Assembly (NCBI GenBank): GCA_963788655.1
Contig: CAWBHS010000102.1
Span: 1 to 64,000 of the forward strand
From: an uncultured Verrucomicrobiae bacterium
Lineage (GTDB): Bacteria > Verrucomicrobiota > Verrucomicrobiia > Limisphaerales > JAFGQR01
Direction of reading: 5' to 3'
Length of the DNA stretch: 64,000 nt
In this document: positions 62,184 through 64,000 of the stretch, in pieces
How the letters are laid out: every line of letters begins with the position of its first letter
How positions within the stretch are numbered: the first letter of the stretch is position 1
The notes under the pieces: generated by a model
The model's input: only the letters and a program-made list of their open reading frames with translations
What the model was told of the DNA's origin: nothing
Databases searched by the model: none
Program-made: the position numbers and the translations under genes

Positions 62184-63998
62184 CTACCGGCTCGCTTTCG
62201 CCGAAGCCGTCGGCACCAGTGCCATAGAGGCGCATTTGATGCGGTTCATGTCGTTGAAGCCACAGTTCATCCCGGCGGTGGTCAACACGCGGCCCGGCGC
62301 CATTTGCACCTGCTTTTCCAAGCCCCCATTGGGTTCGATGCCGGCGCGAAACATCTTTTCCGTTCCCAAAGCGCCATTCGCCAACAAGGGCCGCCCCCAC
62401 AAGGCAAACGTTTTCACATCCCACTCAGGCGCGATCCGACCGCCAAAGCCGGTGGCTACATAACCTTCGGGCAGCGTGATCTGCGCTTCGAGATGCGCGT
62501 CCGGTTCCCAGCCACCGCGCAATTCTTCCGCCGGACCGAGCGTGCCGTCGGGCAGCAGCGGGCGGATCTGCATCCAGATCGTGGTGATGTTGTCTTCGTG
62601 CGCCCGGGCGCCCAGGCCGGTCACCACGTAGTTCGGCGGGGCCGTCAGTTCCGCTTCGACGCGTTGATCGAATTCCACTTGCCGGTCCTGAAGCACGACA
62701 GTCGCCGGCTGCGCCGGACTGATTGGCGGGTCGTTGAAGGCCATTTGTGTTGGCCCCAAATCGAAAACCATGGCGTGGTCCACGTAGGCGGTGGCGCGTT
62801 CCAAATCCCGCCAGCGGAAGAAACCAAATCCAATCGTGGCCTGGTCTGCCTCGGCGATCCAGCGGTGTTGGAAACGCGACCAGCGGCCATCCGTCCAATA
62901 CCATTGGCTGGTGTTTTGTCCGGCGAAATTGGTACCGCCGGCGGAATCGGCGAACAAGCGCACCCGCGTATCGCCGCGCGGGCCGTTCACGACGGAGGTG
63001 TGCGCACGAACCCACAGCGCATACACGTGTCCGGGCACGGTGGGAACGGTCTGGTAGATCATGGATTCCGCAAACACCTGTTCCCGACTTTGCTCCGAGA
63101 GCTGCGACCAGCCGGCCATTTTCTTGCCGAACGGCGGCGAAATCTTGTGTTCTTCGCGCGTCGCGTAAATCCCGTCGGCCGGCACCACAGTCCAGCCGTT
63201 CAAGTCCTCTTCGAAGTCTCCGTTGACCAGCGGGACCATTGTCCGGTAGCGCATTGGATTCTTGGCAGGCAGCGCGGGCAGTTGCCGACCGGCAATGGGC
63301 ACGAAGAAATCCGGTTGTTTCGGATAGGCGCGCGGGATGGCGGGAAAGGGGCCGTTGGGAATCTGCAAGCGATAGAGCGGCGTGCGCCAGGTCAGCCCAG
63401 CTTGGCCGGTCGCTTCGAGGCGGAAATCGTATTCATGACCGGGCCACAGTTTGGGAATGGTCAACTCATTCGTGCCCGGCTCCACATGAAACACTTCGTA
63501 TTCCTGCGGGCGGCGCCGGCTGATCTCGACTTTCACCGGGCACGGCCAGGAAACGGACCAGCTCAGTCGCATGATGCGATTGGTGACCGGGAATTCGGCT
63601 TTGAGATTGTGAATGGCCGGCAGACCACCCGGATGTGGTTCGCCGTAAACGATGGCTTGCATGTCGGTCAACCGGGGACGAGCGGCGGCCAGTCCTTCCG
63701 GAATCGCGCCGCGATGTTCGGTCCAGCCAAGTACACCCGCCCGATACCGTTTCCCTGGCTCCACCGGTAACTCATCTGCGCCAAACAAAAAGTGAGCGGT
63801 ATGCGGACCATTCGTCGGGCCGCACGACAGGCACCGTTTGGGACCGGCGACCAACCGCGGCGTTGCTTCGTCCGTCCACACGCCCAGAAACAGATCGCAA
63901 CAATTCATCGGCACCGGTGAGGCGGTGATGGTTATCAAGCGTACATTGGGTGTGCGCGGCTCAAAGACGACGCCCGCCTGATTGTAAACCCAGCCCTG
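62184..63998 (-). CDS. Multidomain hypothetical protein (FN3-like, CBM-like NGDFE domain, C-terminal lectin-like repeats), 5'-partial
   Basis: Frame is open to the window end; LVNGDFEEDLNGW; three repeats resembling VVTGLGAR / VATGFGGR / VLTTAGMN. Confidence 0.65.
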   Translation of the reverse strand, partial: QGWVYNQAGVVFEPRTPNVRLITITASPVPMNCCDLFLGVWTDEATPRLVAGPKRCLSCGPTNGPHTAHFLFGADELPVEPGKRYRAGVLGWTEHRGAIPEGLAAARPRLTDMQAIVYGEPHPGGLPAIHNLKAEFPVTNRIMRLSWSVSWPCPVKVEISRRRPQEYEVFHVEPGTNELTIPKLWPGHEYDFRLEATGQAGLTWRTPLYRLQIPNGPFPAIPRAYPKQPDFFVPIAGRQLPALPAKNPMRYRTMVPLVNGDFEEDLNGWTVVPADGIYATREEHKISPPFGKKMAGWSQLSEQSREQVFAESMIYQTVPTVPGHVYALWVRAHTSVVNGPRGDTRVRLFADSAGGTNFAGQNTSQWYWTDGRWSRFQHRWIAEADQATIGFGFFRWRDLERATAYVDHAMVFDLGPTQMAFNDPPISPAQPATVVLQDRQVEFDQRVEAELTAPPNYVVTGLGARAHEDNITTIWMQIRPLLPDGTLGPAEELRGGWEPDAHLEAQITLPEGYVATGFGGRIAPEWDVKTFALWGRPLLANGALGTEKMFRAGIEPNGGLEKQVQMAPGRVLTTAGMNCGFNDMNRIKCASMALVPTASAKASR

Positions 63999-64000
63999 AT

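Overview
GC-rich bacterial chromosomal window, most consistent with a Verrucomicrobiota (Pedosphaera/subdivision-3-like) genome; this is inferred from protein styles and repeat types. The left end holds a DUF4338 (Mom/GNAT-like) + IS66 TnpC element with a complete IS4-family element (19-bp TIRs, 10-bp TSD) nested in its right end. The rest mixes housekeeping genes (rpsT, hpf, parA-like, smc, alkA-like, Smr, thiH/thiS, hpnA-like) with glycan-use genes (GH106, DUF1080, sialate O-acetylesterase, GH144-like, Gfo/Idh/MocA). It also carries an 1800-aa Delta-60/Ig surface protein, a SWIM-SNF2 helicase, a trypsin-like protease operon, a hybrid kinase/response regulator pair, a VapBC module and a five-gene sugar-catabolic operon built around a MetE-like enzyme. 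The most striking non-genic signal is about 20 copies of at least 9 families of short palindromic (REP/REPIN/MITE-like) elements, many with GTAG...CTAC ends, plus a truncated RAYT-type Y1 transposase flanked by its own REPs. One palindrome is read in frame inside a DUF5107/TPR gene and is followed by a patchy low-GC, divergent-looking but still coding segment of about 1.3 kb. About a dozen single-base frameshifts are most likely long-read sequencing errors.
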